From Planctomyces sp. (GTDB lineage: Bacteria; Planctomycetota; Planctomycetia; Planctomycetales; Planctomycetaceae): a stretch of DNA of 32,000 nucleotides. Shown piece by piece: positions 7,639 through 16,463 of this stretch. The first letter of the stretch is position 1, and each line of letters opens with the position of its first letter. Below the pieces are notes generated by a model. That model was not told where the DNA came from. It did no database searches and was given only the letters and a program-made list of their open reading frames with translations. A program made the position numbers and the translations under genes. The stretch spans positions 2,062-34,061 of the forward strand of contig JBKDKA010000111.1 in assembly GCA_046345315.1 (NCBI GenBank), given 5' to 3'.

Positions 7639-10230
7639 TCAGAGAATCGGCAACGGGCTGCTTTTCGCTTCCAGTCGACCTCGAGTCACTCCGACCTGAT
7701 TCGCTGCGTTGAGCTCTTTCCAGACGCGGGGGCCGGGTATCTGTCCTTTGAGCAGATCTGTGTAAAGATTCAGGATTTTCCGAATCTCTTCCGTCGTGTC
7801 GCGAAGAAGTTCAACACGAAACGATCGAACTCCCCCAGCCAGGAGTTCCGACACAATTTCCGAAGAACTCTGCGGGACGGCATTGAACAGCGTGTTCCGG
7901 CATCCAACATCAGCAACAAGCGGGTGATCGATACCCGTGCGATCACGAAGTTCGACCTTGTGAACATCGCACGGCCGACCACAGTTTGTTTTGTTCGTGC
8001 CCGGTGAAAGCACCGAACAGAACACACAGTGCTCCATATGAAACATCGGCATGTGCTGATGAATCACGACTTCCAGCCATTCCGGTGGCACTTCGCGAAC
8101 AAGATCCAGGAGCTGTTCCCGATTGAGATCGTAGGATGCTGTCACACGGCGCACTCCCCGATGCAGCAGATCCCCAGCGGTGAGTTCATTGGTGACGTTC
8201 AGGGAGAAGTCCGCAATCACGGGTATGCACTGTTCACGAAACCACCCGAGCCCACTCAGATTTCGAACAAGCACTCCGTGAGTCTGATGTTTCTGAATCA
8301 GACGAAAGATTCCCATCTCTTCGGGTTTCTGAATCCGCGGTGTTGCCAGCCAGAGCGGAATCGCATGGTCCTTGCCGCAATGATTCGCCATGAACTCCGC
8401 TGCGTCACGAAACTCCCGAATGTCCTGAAAATCCGCGATCACGGAATAGTGCAGCGAATCGCGATGCTCCGCAGAACTCCGATGCATCACGTCGCTGGTC
8501 ACAAACTCCACCACATCCCTCAGCTGACTCATCGAACGACAGAGAACACTGAGCTCAACGGGAGATGAGGGATCGGAAATGTCAGAACGAGCGGATTGCT
8601 CTTCGAAGCCTGCCAGCAGTCCACTACGCAGTTCCGGCAGAACAGATTCCGTCGCGATCTGACGCCGCTGACTCGGAATGGACGCACCAAGCTGTTCGAT
8701 CATCTGACGACGCACTTGCCCGAGAACGCTGAGTGGTATCATAGGGCTTCCGGAGATCTCCGTCTCGATCATCGTCGCTTCGTAGACGGTCGCCCCCAGT
8801 CGGTTGAGGTGACTCGAAAGCAGCTCGGAGGTTGCAGCATGCTTTCTGGCAGCTTCCAGCGGCTGTTCCGACATGACTGTGCAGGACGCGCCGTTGGCAG
8901 CTTCGGCTCGCACCTGCAATGGTTCGCCGGTGACAGCCTTCACGAACAGTGACAACGGAACCTTTCGCTGCGGGTCGGCATTCTGGTAGCTTCGCCTGAG
9001 CTCTTCGTTCAGCCGGGGATCATCGGTTTTCCAGATTTTCTGCCCCGGAACAATCTGACTCAGATCAATAGCTCGACGATCGAAACTCAGTTCGACGATT
9101 CCGGACTCCACGGGAGTCTTCTGCAGAATCTCACGACGGAACACCTCGTAGACCCGGCCGCCCTGTTCGGTCCCCGAAATCCGGTCACCGTCGAACACGA
9201 TACCATCGCCCGCAGCGACGGAGTATTCGAGATCCACGGAAACACTGTCACGGTGAACTGCGGTGACGGTTCCCAGAAGAACACCTCGCTTCGAAGAACT
9301 CAGTCCGGGAACCAGCATTTTATGGTCACAGCCCTGCAGCCAGCCGGGTGAGAATCCTCTGGAGAACGACTGCTCCATCTGCTTTTGCTGCCGTTGAGTG
9401 AACTTCACTGGCTTTCCGGCCATGGCAGCATCAATCGCTTCACGGTAATGTCGCGTGATGTTCGCGACATACTCCGGTGTCTTGAGTCGGCCTTCGATTT
9501 TGAACGACGACACGCCGGCATCGATCAGCTCCTGTGTCAGCGAATAAGCCGCCAGATCCTGTGGGCTGAGCAGATATTTCTGGTCGCCAAGATCGCGGAG
9601 CTCATCATCGCAGACCAGTTCCCACGGAAGCCGACATGCCTGAGCACACTGACCACGATTCGCGCTGCGACCTCCCAGAGCTTCGCTCGTCAGGCATTGC
9701 CCGGAGTAAGCCACACAGAGAGCCCCGTGAACGAACACTTCGATTTCAATATCCGATCGGCTGCGGATCATCCGGATTTCGTCCAGTGACAATTCCCGCG
9801 CCAGTACGACTCTTGAAATGCCGAGGTCCCGGATTTCGTTCAGGCATTCGGCGCTCGTGATTGTCATCTGAGTGGAGGCATGCAGACTCAATTCCGGACA
9901 GACGGCACGGCAGAGCCTTGCGACACCGAGATCCTGAACGAGCACCGCGTCAACGCCCGACTGTGCGAGAACCCGAATCAGTGACTCCAGAGACTCAAGT
10001 TCGTCTGTGAACGCCAGCGTATTCAGCGTGACATATCCACGAACACCCCGCTCATGCAGGAAACGCATTGTCGCGGCAAGTTCTGATGAATCGAAGTTCC
10101 TCGCTCGAGCTCGTGCGTTATGTCCGTCCGCCAGCCCGAAGTAAACTGCATCCGCGCCGTTCTCCACTGCCGCTCGAACGCATTCCGAATCGCCAGCCGG
10201 AGCGAGCAGTTCGGGAGCACACTTCTGCAT
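7639..10230 (-). CDS. U32-family protein with two U32 catalytic-type modules flanking a DUF3656-like middle region
   Basis: 863-aa ORF. Module 1: ELLAPAGD...GADAVYFG ... VFVHGALCVAYSGQCLTSEALGGRSANRGQCAQACR. Module 2 (aa ~556-815): VVIHQHMPMFHMEHCVFCSVLSPGTNKTNCGRPCD ... GVRSFRVEL. Its ATG (complement of 10228-10230) overlaps the stop of the upstream TraB/GumN gene (TAATG). Confidence 0.9.
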   Translation of the reverse strand: MQKCAPELLAPAGDSECVRAAVENGADAVYFGLADGHNARARARNFDSSELAATMRFLHERGVRGYVTLNTLAFTDELESLESLIRVLAQSGVDAVLVQDLGVARLCRAVCPELSLHASTQMTITSAECLNEIRDLGISRVVLARELSLDEIRMIRSRSDIEIEVFVHGALCVAYSGQCLTSEALGGRSANRGQCAQACRLPWELVCDDELRDLGDQKYLLSPQDLAAYSLTQELIDAGVSSFKIEGRLKTPEYVANITRHYREAIDAAMAGKPVKFTQRQQKQMEQSFSRGFSPGWLQGCDHKMLVPGLSSSKRGVLLGTVTAVHRDSVSVDLEYSVAAGDGIVFDGDRISGTEQGGRVYEVFRREILQKTPVESGIVELSFDRRAIDLSQIVPGQKIWKTDDPRLNEELRRSYQNADPQRKVPLSLFVKAVTGEPLQVRAEAANGASCTVMSEQPLEAARKHAATSELLSSHLNRLGATVYEATMIETEISGSPMIPLSVLGQVRRQMIEQLGASIPSQRRQIATESVLPELRSGLLAGFEEQSARSDISDPSSPVELSVLCRSMSQLRDVVEFVTSDVMHRSSAEHRDSLHYSVIADFQDIREFRDAAEFMANHCGKDHAIPLWLATPRIQKPEEMGIFRLIQKHQTHGVLVRNLSGLGWFREQCIPVIADFSLNVTNELTAGDLLHRGVRRVTASYDLNREQLLDLVREVPPEWLEVVIHQHMPMFHMEHCVFCSVLSPGTNKTNCGRPCDVHKVELRDRTGIDHPLVADVGCRNTLFNAVPQSSSEIVSELLAGGVRSFRVELLRDTTEEIRKILNLYTDLLKGQIPGPRVWKELNAANQVGVTRGRLEAKSSPLPIL

Positions 10231-11366
10231 TACTGTTCCGTTTCTCTTTCGTTTCGATAACCTCGAGCCTGAAGGAACTGCTGAACGGTCTGTTTCCCGG
10301 TCAGATGTCCAAGTCCGACAGCAAAGAAGTACGAATCCTGCGGATGTTTCTTCATCAGGTCGTCGGCAGCTTCGGCCATCACACGATTACGATCATACAA
10401 CAGGCCCGAGAGAATTTTATCGGTGAGTTCCCGACTCAGCCCGATTCGCTGAAATTCTTCCTCGAAGAGCGTTTCGAACTTTGTAATGTCACCTTCGGAG
10501 TAAACATCAAGAATTTCTTCGATTCGGTCAACACCTTCGTCGTCATCAGTGTCCATGCCATCGAGCGTTGCCTTCAGAAACTCTGTCTGTTCTTCGATCG
10601 TCAGCGCAGTGATTCCTCGAAGCTGGTCATCCGGAGACTCCAGACCACCGATCCGTTTTCTTCTTTGAGTGGCTGAAAAGTAAAGCCGCATATCCAGGGG
10701 CATTCGCCCCGGATGTCGAGCCTGAGCCTGAAGATTTCCCAGCAGGAGGGGCCAGATTCCAACCTGAACATCCGGAACCTGGCCCCGTACGAACATCGGC
10801 GAAAGCTTTTTCAGCCGCTGATCAAGCCGATCAATCAGTTCCGCAGAGATAAGCTCGTCCAGTGATTCACCGTCCGGAAGTGAAATGGCTTTTGTCTGAG
10901 CACCAGTGTTTTTGATAAAGTCAATCTCGAAATACGCCGCATTGGCGTCATCGAAAGCCGACTGCACGAGCGGATGCAGTGTCGTCACTTCTTCATCCGG
11001 TACATGAATCGTTCCGAATATCCACGACGTTGGGGTCTGAGGCTCACCTGCCGGATCCGCTTTCACGATCCTCCACAGAAACGGCTGTCGGACCGCTGCT
11101 TCCGACTCCTTCTTCACCTCAGCATCGGAGCTCACAGAGCTCTCTGCTTCAGATCCGGAGACGCTCGAAAAGGAAACCGAAAACAGCAGGAGACAAACCC
11201 ACCACCGGGAATTCCTCGCTCGGCATTTCCATCCTGTCAGGAAGAGGCCGGAAACCCGATTCCGAACCGTTCTGCTCCATATATCATGACATCGGTATCT
11301 GGTAACACGTATCTCTGATGGCTTCGTACTCGACACGGAAGAATCCTGTGCTGTCGCGATGATCAA
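10230..11366 (-). CDS. TraB/GumN family protein, secreted
   Basis: The sequence FLWRIVKAD...SWIFGTIHVPDEEVTTLHPLVQSAFDDANAAYFEID matches the TraB/GumN N-terminal signature. A hydrophobic signal-like segment WWVCLLLFSVSFSSVSGSEA is present. The start is uncertain: TTG at 11366 or GTG at 11336, with no ATG upstream of the signal. Confidence 0.75.
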   Translation of the reverse strand: MIIATAQDSSVSSTKPSEIRVTRYRCHDIWSRTVRNRVSGLFLTGWKCRARNSRWWVCLLLFSVSFSSVSGSEAESSVSSDAEVKKESEAAVRQPFLWRIVKADPAGEPQTPTSWIFGTIHVPDEEVTTLHPLVQSAFDDANAAYFEIDFIKNTGAQTKAISLPDGESLDELISAELIDRLDQRLKKLSPMFVRGQVPDVQVGIWPLLLGNLQAQARHPGRMPLDMRLYFSATQRRKRIGGLESPDDQLRGITALTIEEQTEFLKATLDGMDTDDDEGVDRIEEILDVYSEGDITKFETLFEEEFQRIGLSRELTDKILSGLLYDRNRVMAEAADDLMKKHPQDSYFFAVGLGHLTGKQTVQQFLQARGYRNERETEQ

Positions 11367-11545
11367 AAAGAGCCAGGATTGAATTTCCCGAGGGCTGGCT
11401 CAAACGGAACCCGCATCGTATCGATCAGATGGTATTCATCAGACGGATGACCACTGTCGAGAAACTCGGTCCGCACATTTCGGATAGTGATCACAGAGGG
11501 ACCGAAAGTCTTCCGGAGCGATCGACGGAAATGCCCGATTCTCAA
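11363..11545 (-). CDS. Hypothetical small protein (60 aa), weakly supported
   Basis: It is the only ORF of at least 60 aa on the gene-bearing strand in the 350-bp gap. It starts with TTG. Its TGA overlaps the TTG start of the TraB/GumN ORF (TTGA). I recognise no motif in it. Confidence 0.2.
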   Translation of the reverse strand: MRIGHFRRSLRKTFGPSVITIRNVRTEFLDSGHPSDEYHLIDTMRVPFEPALGKFNPGSF

Positions 11546-11715
11546 TTTTTGGGCACCGTGAACCCAGTCCGTTGCCCTGGCTTTCGGTAGCAGGTCGGTT
11601 GTGCCTCGATCGATTGCTGCATCGAGTACCGTTGTTGTGCCGTCATCGCATAATGCTGATGCGTTCTGTTGCCAACCTTTTGATTGCGATTCTGCCCCGG
11701 ATGTGGAAACACATA

Positions 11716-12531
11716 TCAGCTTTGGGAACTACCCGAGGTGCGCAGAAACCTCTGTTTTCCATCCGCGTGAATCAGGTGCAGTTGTCCGTGGAAATCTTCA
11801 ATCAGGGCGGAACAGCTTTCGATCCAGTCACCAGTATTGCAGTAGGTGATCCCATCCAGTTCGAGGACCTGCGGAGCATGGATGTGTCCGCAGATGATGC
11901 CATCACAGAAACGGTGACGTGCATGTCTAGTGAGGTTGCTCTGAAACCTACGCACATGCTGCTGAATTCCGGAAACAGCAGCCTTGAATCGGCTGATCAT
12001 CGACGATTCCCCGGCAAGAGAAGAACGCGTCAGACATCCCCACAGCCGGTTGACCTGCAGCAGTGCTTCGTAACAGACGCTCAACGCCCATCTTGATATT
12101 CGCGATTTCTGTTCGCAGTGGTCAAACTGATCTCCGTGCATTACCAGAAAACGCCGACCGTCAGCCAACAGATGATGAAACTCTTCATCGACAGTGATTC
12201 CGGGGTTCTGGCAGAGCAACGACTGGATGACAGAGGTGCGAAGGAAGTTGTCGTGGTTTCCCACGGCAAGATGGATGCGGGTTCCGTTTCGCGACAACTC
12301 CAGCAGTCGCTGAATGACGAGACTGCATTCTGGCTGCCAATGCCAGCGTTTCCGGACACACCAGCCATCGATGAAGTCACCGACGATATAAAGCCATTCC
12401 GGCTCATAGGTTCGCAGCAGCTTCAGAAGCGGCTCAACCTGAGAATGTCGAAAGCCGAGGTGCAGATCACTGATAAAGAGGCTTCGAACGGAAAGGTTGC
12501 GTTTCACGTAACTTCGATTCGGCACATCCAT
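11716..12531 (-). CDS. LpxH/YbbF-family metallophosphoesterase (annotated type: UDP-2,3-diacylglucosamine diphosphatase; PlcP-like phospholipase C is an alternative)
   Basis: Track ORF 11716..12633. Phosphoesterase motif series: FISDLHLG, IVGDFIDGW, VGNHDNF, MHGDQFD, CGHIHAP. The start is placed at the ATG at the complement of 12529-12531 (MDVPNRSY...). This clears the upstream gene, which ends at 12558. Confidence 0.8.
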   Translation of the reverse strand: MDVPNRSYVKRNLSVRSLFISDLHLGFRHSQVEPLLKLLRTYEPEWLYIVGDFIDGWCVRKRWHWQPECSLVIQRLLELSRNGTRIHLAVGNHDNFLRTSVIQSLLCQNPGITVDEEFHHLLADGRRFLVMHGDQFDHCEQKSRISRWALSVCYEALLQVNRLWGCLTRSSLAGESSMISRFKAAVSGIQQHVRRFQSNLTRHARHRFCDGIICGHIHAPQVLELDGITYCNTGDWIESCSALIEDFHGQLHLIHADGKQRFLRTSGSSQS

Positions 12532-12557
12532 GTGGCACTCTCTCCTTAGACTGACCT

Positions 12558-13418
12558 TCAGCGAAGCAGCGGACTGACATGTGTTCGGACGAAGGCAGCA
12601 TTCGTCGCTCCAAAATGTCCGCCAAAATTCCATTCACGAATCATCGCGGCGCGATATCTCACCTGATGCAGCCGAGGCTGCGATTCTGTCAGCGACTGTG
12701 TTTTCAGTTTTTCTCGAAAGCCAAGTGCCCCGGCAGAGAATGCGTGCCGACGATCCATTGTGCCGAACATCAAGGTACCGAGACCAACGGTCGGCATGTC
12801 CAGCGGAGAATAAAAATTCCAGATGCCGCGAGTGGTTCGACCTGTGAGTTCGTCGACAGCAAAATCACGCGATATTGCGGCTGCGAGAAGGATCACCGTC
12901 GAGACTTTCAGATGTTCCGGCATTGCCTGCAGGACAAAAAGTGCCATCCCCGCGCCGGCAGAATGACCAATCAGGTGAACCGAACGGCCCGGGAAGCTGT
13001 TCAGATAGCCCACCAGAACCCTTGCAACTTCCCGGGCCTGAGATCGATTATGACGTTCCATGGTCAGGTAAAACGGATTCCACGGACGGGACTTGCGCCA
13101 GTCGATGATCATGACTGCATGCGGAAGACCGGACGCAACCACACCCAGAGCAATACTGTCGTTGACGGAACTTCGCCCTTCGATCCCCGGCAGAATCACG
13201 ACCAGCCCGTTTTGTTTTCTCTGTGGAGAATCCAGATCGCAGCTGAATCTGACGCCGCGTTCTCCGAATGGGGCCAGTCCCAGCGAAAAAGCCGATCGGG
13301 CTCCGAGACGAAGGTTGCCGTCATGCTGCAGAGAATCGCGGACCGTAACGCTCTTTCGATCCCGCCGTAGTTCTGAATCCGGTTTGAAGCGCAAGTCGAT
13401 GCTTCCATCAAAAGACAA
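12558..13418 (-). CDS. Alpha/beta hydrolase (lipase/esterase-like)
   Basis: 286-aa ORF with nucleophile elbow HLIGHSAGAG, preceded by VVILPGIEG (oxyanion-region-like). It has a TTG start and overlaps the PAP2 stop by 11 nt. Confidence 0.7.
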   Translation of the reverse strand: MSFDGSIDLRFKPDSELRRDRKSVTVRDSLQHDGNLRLGARSAFSLGLAPFGERGVRFSCDLDSPQRKQNGLVVILPGIEGRSSVNDSIALGVVASGLPHAVMIIDWRKSRPWNPFYLTMERHNRSQAREVARVLVGYLNSFPGRSVHLIGHSAGAGMALFVLQAMPEHLKVSTVILLAAAISRDFAVDELTGRTTRGIWNFYSPLDMPTVGLGTLMFGTMDRRHAFSAGALGFREKLKTQSLTESQPRLHQVRYRAAMIREWNFGGHFGATNAAFVRTHVSPLLR

Positions 13419-13941
13419 TCGCCAGACTGATCTCGCTGATGATCAAACCAAAGACCGCTCCCAGAATGACATCCGTCGGATAGTGAAGTCCGAGGATCAC
13501 TCGGGAGAGAGCCGTCAGCAGAGTAAAGAGTCCAAGCACAGGCACGAGTCCGGGAAACCAGGCGCAGGCGATCGTAGAAAAAGCCACCGCGTGCATCGTA
13601 TGTCCGGACGGAAAACTGTACTTGTCCAGCGCGTGTGTGCCTGTCTGAATGGCGCTGTAGACGGCTCCCGGACGAGGTCGCTGAGCAGCTCCCTTCACGA
13701 GACTGTAAACCAGCAGCGTTGCGAGGCTGGAAATGCCCATGTGCGCGGATGCCTTGAACCCATCCACTCCCTGAAACAGGGGCAGCAGCAGCATAAGGGT
13801 GTACCAGATTCTTCCGTTTCCAAGCAGACTCACTGAAACGAAGAACTGACTGACGCCCCACCAGCGGCTCAGGCGATTCAGGAATATCGTCACTGCCCGA
13901 TCAGCGTCTACCACCTGCTTCATCAGTGAATTCTGAATCAT
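13408..13941 (-). CDS. PAP2-superfamily lipid phosphatase
   Basis: All three PAP2 motifs occur in order: KGAAQRPRP, SFPSGHT and SRVILGLHYPTD. The protein is polytopic and hydrophobic and starts with ATG. Confidence 0.85.
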   Translation of the reverse strand: MIQNSLMKQVVDADRAVTIFLNRLSRWWGVSQFFVSVSLLGNGRIWYTLMLLLPLFQGVDGFKASAHMGISSLATLLVYSLVKGAAQRPRPGAVYSAIQTGTHALDKYSFPSGHTMHAVAFSTIACAWFPGLVPVLGLFTLLTALSRVILGLHYPTDVILGAVFGLIISEISLAIVF

Positions 13942-14048
13942 GCGATTTCAGTCCTCGTCTGAATTGATCTCTCCTTCGCATGGCCGAGAGATCCATGTGC
14001 TGATCCCCTCGCTGCGACTCCTTCCGGATACAGTTTCGAACCTGATGA

Positions 14049-15371
14049 TTAAGTTCGATGCGCTCGTGATGTGTAATTCTGGTGAAGAGCCGCCGCGACC
14101 TGAAAAAGGCGAACGAGGGTCTGTGTACAGATTCTTGCTGCGCGTGACACACGCTCGGAGGTCATCTGTGCCGGAATACAACCGTCGATTGCCTGTTGAT
14201 AGTTTCTTCTGACTGACATCGCCGCTTCGTTCCATGTTCGAGCTGATGCTGAACGCACTGCAGCGTCGGAGATCTGCTGTCGAAACTCCGGCTGATTAAG
14301 CAACTGACGCAGGTAGCCGACAGCCTCCGCTTCACAACCAGGTTCGTAAAGAAAACCATCAATACCGTGATTGACCAGACTCGGAACTCCGCCTGCAGCT
14401 GCTGCGCAGACTGGCAGACCAGAGGCCATGGCTTCCAGGATGACGTTACCCATGGTCTCAGTTTCCGATGCATAGACGAATGCATCAGCAGACGCGTAAG
14501 CCTCTGCGAGTTTTTCTCCCTCCAGATAGCCAATGAATGTTGCCGGGTATCCCGCAAACAACCTTTCGAGCTCCTCTCTCTGAGGTCCACCTCCAACGAT
14601 TGCCAGCCGAGCCTCAGGCACCTGCCGGAGAATCCTGATCAGAAACTCAACATTCTTTTCCGGAGCAAGTCTCGATACTGTCAGTAGCAGAGGTGACTCC
14701 GGATGATCTCCGGAAAGTTTTCTCCTCATCGCATCAGATCTGCGATTCGGTGAATACATCGTCGCGTCGACAGCGGGAGGCCATAACGTCACACGCTCGA
14801 AACCTCGCTGCCGGAGTTCCTGCTCGATCGGGACAGAAACTGTCAGATTCACGGCGGCACGGTTGTGGTAACTCTTCGACAGCCACCAGATCAGTTTCGA
14901 AACGGAGCTGAGGCCCCGATACTTTTTTACGAACTCACCGTAGAGTGTGTGAAAAGAAAACACGATCGGGATGTTGACAGGTTCCCGGGAGATCAGGTCG
15001 TAGCACTGAAATCCAAAAGCAAACGGATTCAGAAAATGGATAACGTCCGGCTGAAATTCTGCAAGACCATCAATCAGGGTTCGATCCGGCATTCCGATGA
15101 TGTACTCGGGATAACTGCTGCAGGGAAAGCCGCGGAATTCGATCACCGGCACGGGCGAATTCCTCGGTAGCTTCACTTCAGGGCAGATAACCAGAACTTC
15201 ATCACCTGCCTTCTGAAGCTGCTGAATCAGATTGACGGTGCGCCCGACAACGCCGTCAATCTTCGGCAGATAGACCTCTGAAATGATTGCGACCTTCACT
15301 GATGAAGTTCTCCCCGAGGAGCAGTGAAACACTCGAGCGGTTCTACATGGAGCAACTTTGGTCTCACGCAC
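14049..15371 (-). CDS. GT4-family (GT-B, Glycos_transf_1) glycosyltransferase
   Basis: N-terminus VKVAIISEVYLPKIDGVVGRTVNLIQQL. C-terminal EX7E-type block ASETETMGNVILEAMASGLPV. The longest ORF starts at GTG 15371. A GTG at 15299 (VKVAIISE..., preceded by gggga) is the more typical GT4 N-terminus and may be the true start. Confidence 0.85.
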   Translation of the reverse strand: MRETKVAPCRTARVFHCSSGRTSSVKVAIISEVYLPKIDGVVGRTVNLIQQLQKAGDEVLVICPEVKLPRNSPVPVIEFRGFPCSSYPEYIIGMPDRTLIDGLAEFQPDVIHFLNPFAFGFQCYDLISREPVNIPIVFSFHTLYGEFVKKYRGLSSVSKLIWWLSKSYHNRAAVNLTVSVPIEQELRQRGFERVTLWPPAVDATMYSPNRRSDAMRRKLSGDHPESPLLLTVSRLAPEKNVEFLIRILRQVPEARLAIVGGGPQREELERLFAGYPATFIGYLEGEKLAEAYASADAFVYASETETMGNVILEAMASGLPVCAAAAGGVPSLVNHGIDGFLYEPGCEAEAVGYLRQLLNQPEFRQQISDAAVRSASARTWNEAAMSVRRNYQQAIDGCIPAQMTSERVSRAARICTQTLVRLFQVAAALHQNYTSRAHRT

Positions 15372-15399
15372 CGCCAGGGTCAGATCCTGCGGCTCTCAG

Positions 15400-16221
15400 T
15401 CAGTCTGCTGGTCTACGAGCAAGCACGATGACGATGCTGTGGTGATCACGTACCGGAAAGACTGTCCGATTCAGCACGGCCTTCTGCCAACGAGAGCATC
15501 GATGGAGTCCGACCTCCTCAATGAAAGGTGTCAGCCATCCGCCGTGATAGCCATACTCCATGAATGACTCGAAATTCGGAAACGATAGTCCGGGTTCAAA
15601 GGTTTCTGAAACCACGATTTCGAATCCGTGCTGCATCAGCACCTTCCGCACGTCCTGCTCGTTGTCGGGGCAGATCATCCCCTGCAGGTTCGGTGAACGA
15701 CCGCCGAAGAGCAGTTTCAGCAGAGGATGAGCGGATCGTTTCTGAAGTTCACTGTAGCCCGCCGTGGTACCGCCCACGAATGACCAGTAACCTCCCGGAA
15801 CAAGCTTCTCGAAGAGCCTTGGTGCAAGATGTGCGATTGGCACGAAGCCAGTGACGAAATGCGTGGCGACAAGTCCGAAATTCTCCCCGTTATGGTACCG
15901 ATCGACGTTGGCGCCATCATCGATCGTGGCGACAAGATCTGGCAGTTTCTGCTGTGCCAGTGCCACCATCTGTCGGGAGATATCAATACCGTGTGGTTCA
16001 ATGGCTCGATCAGATACTCGCCGCAGCCTGTCAAGGAACAGTCCCGTTCCCATCCCGATATCCAGTACTCGCAGTGGTGGCAGAATCCCGTTCATCACAT
16101 GTGCGTCACGAAGATGATTCAGAGCTCTGTCGAGAGAATCTCCTGTCACATTCTGCGGATCAAGGTCGTATTGTCCTGCGATCACATTGTCATACTGACG
16201 TTGTATCAACGCTGATTCCAT
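15400..16221 (-). CDS. Class I SAM-dependent methyltransferase
   Basis: 273-aa ORF with an ATG start. Motif I is LRVLDIGMGTGLF, motif II-like is GIDISRQMV, and LVPGGYW is the post-II block. Confidence 0.8.
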   Translation of the reverse strand: MESALIQRQYDNVIAGQYDLDPQNVTGDSLDRALNHLRDAHVMNGILPPLRVLDIGMGTGLFLDRLRRVSDRAIEPHGIDISRQMVALAQQKLPDLVATIDDGANVDRYHNGENFGLVATHFVTGFVPIAHLAPRLFEKLVPGGYWSFVGGTTAGYSELQKRSAHPLLKLLFGGRSPNLQGMICPDNEQDVRKVLMQHGFEIVVSETFEPGLSFPNFESFMEYGYHGGWLTPFIEEVGLHRCSRWQKAVLNRTVFPVRDHHSIVIVLARRPAD

Positions 16222-16463
16222 CAGCTGTATTCCTGCTACGGGTTTTGTGAGAACTTACCTGTTACGGTCGCGGCTTCCGAACACTCGACTGGATGAGGCG
16301 CTCGGAACTGATGCATCTGTCGACGCAGCGGTGGATCGTGTTCTGACGAGCTTCTGTTAAGAGGTTGCTTATTCCGTGTGAGCTTCGTGTTAACCAGAAG
16401 TGTTCATGAAATATTCCCAATGCGTTCATCATTTTCCGCATCAGAGTACCGACACTTTCGCAT

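Noticed and set aside
12579-13861. Long antisense or overlapping ORFs (12579..13370+, 13093..13836+, 13196..13861-) across the hydrolase and PAP2 genes
   Set aside because: The minus-strand frames chosen carry clear catalytic motifs (GHSAG; the three PAP2 motifs). The alternative ORFs are Arg/Ser/Pro-rich and motif-free. The same reasoning applies to 6439..7356+, 8029..8568+, 18418..19152-, 20875..21507- and 26464..27060-.
16222-16463. Replication origin or DnaA boxes at the strand-switch between the divergent operons
   Set aside because: Only one poor TTATCCACA-like string (ttattccgtg) is present. There is no cluster of boxes, no AT-rich unwinding element and no dnaA/dnaN nearby. It is simply a divergent promoter region.
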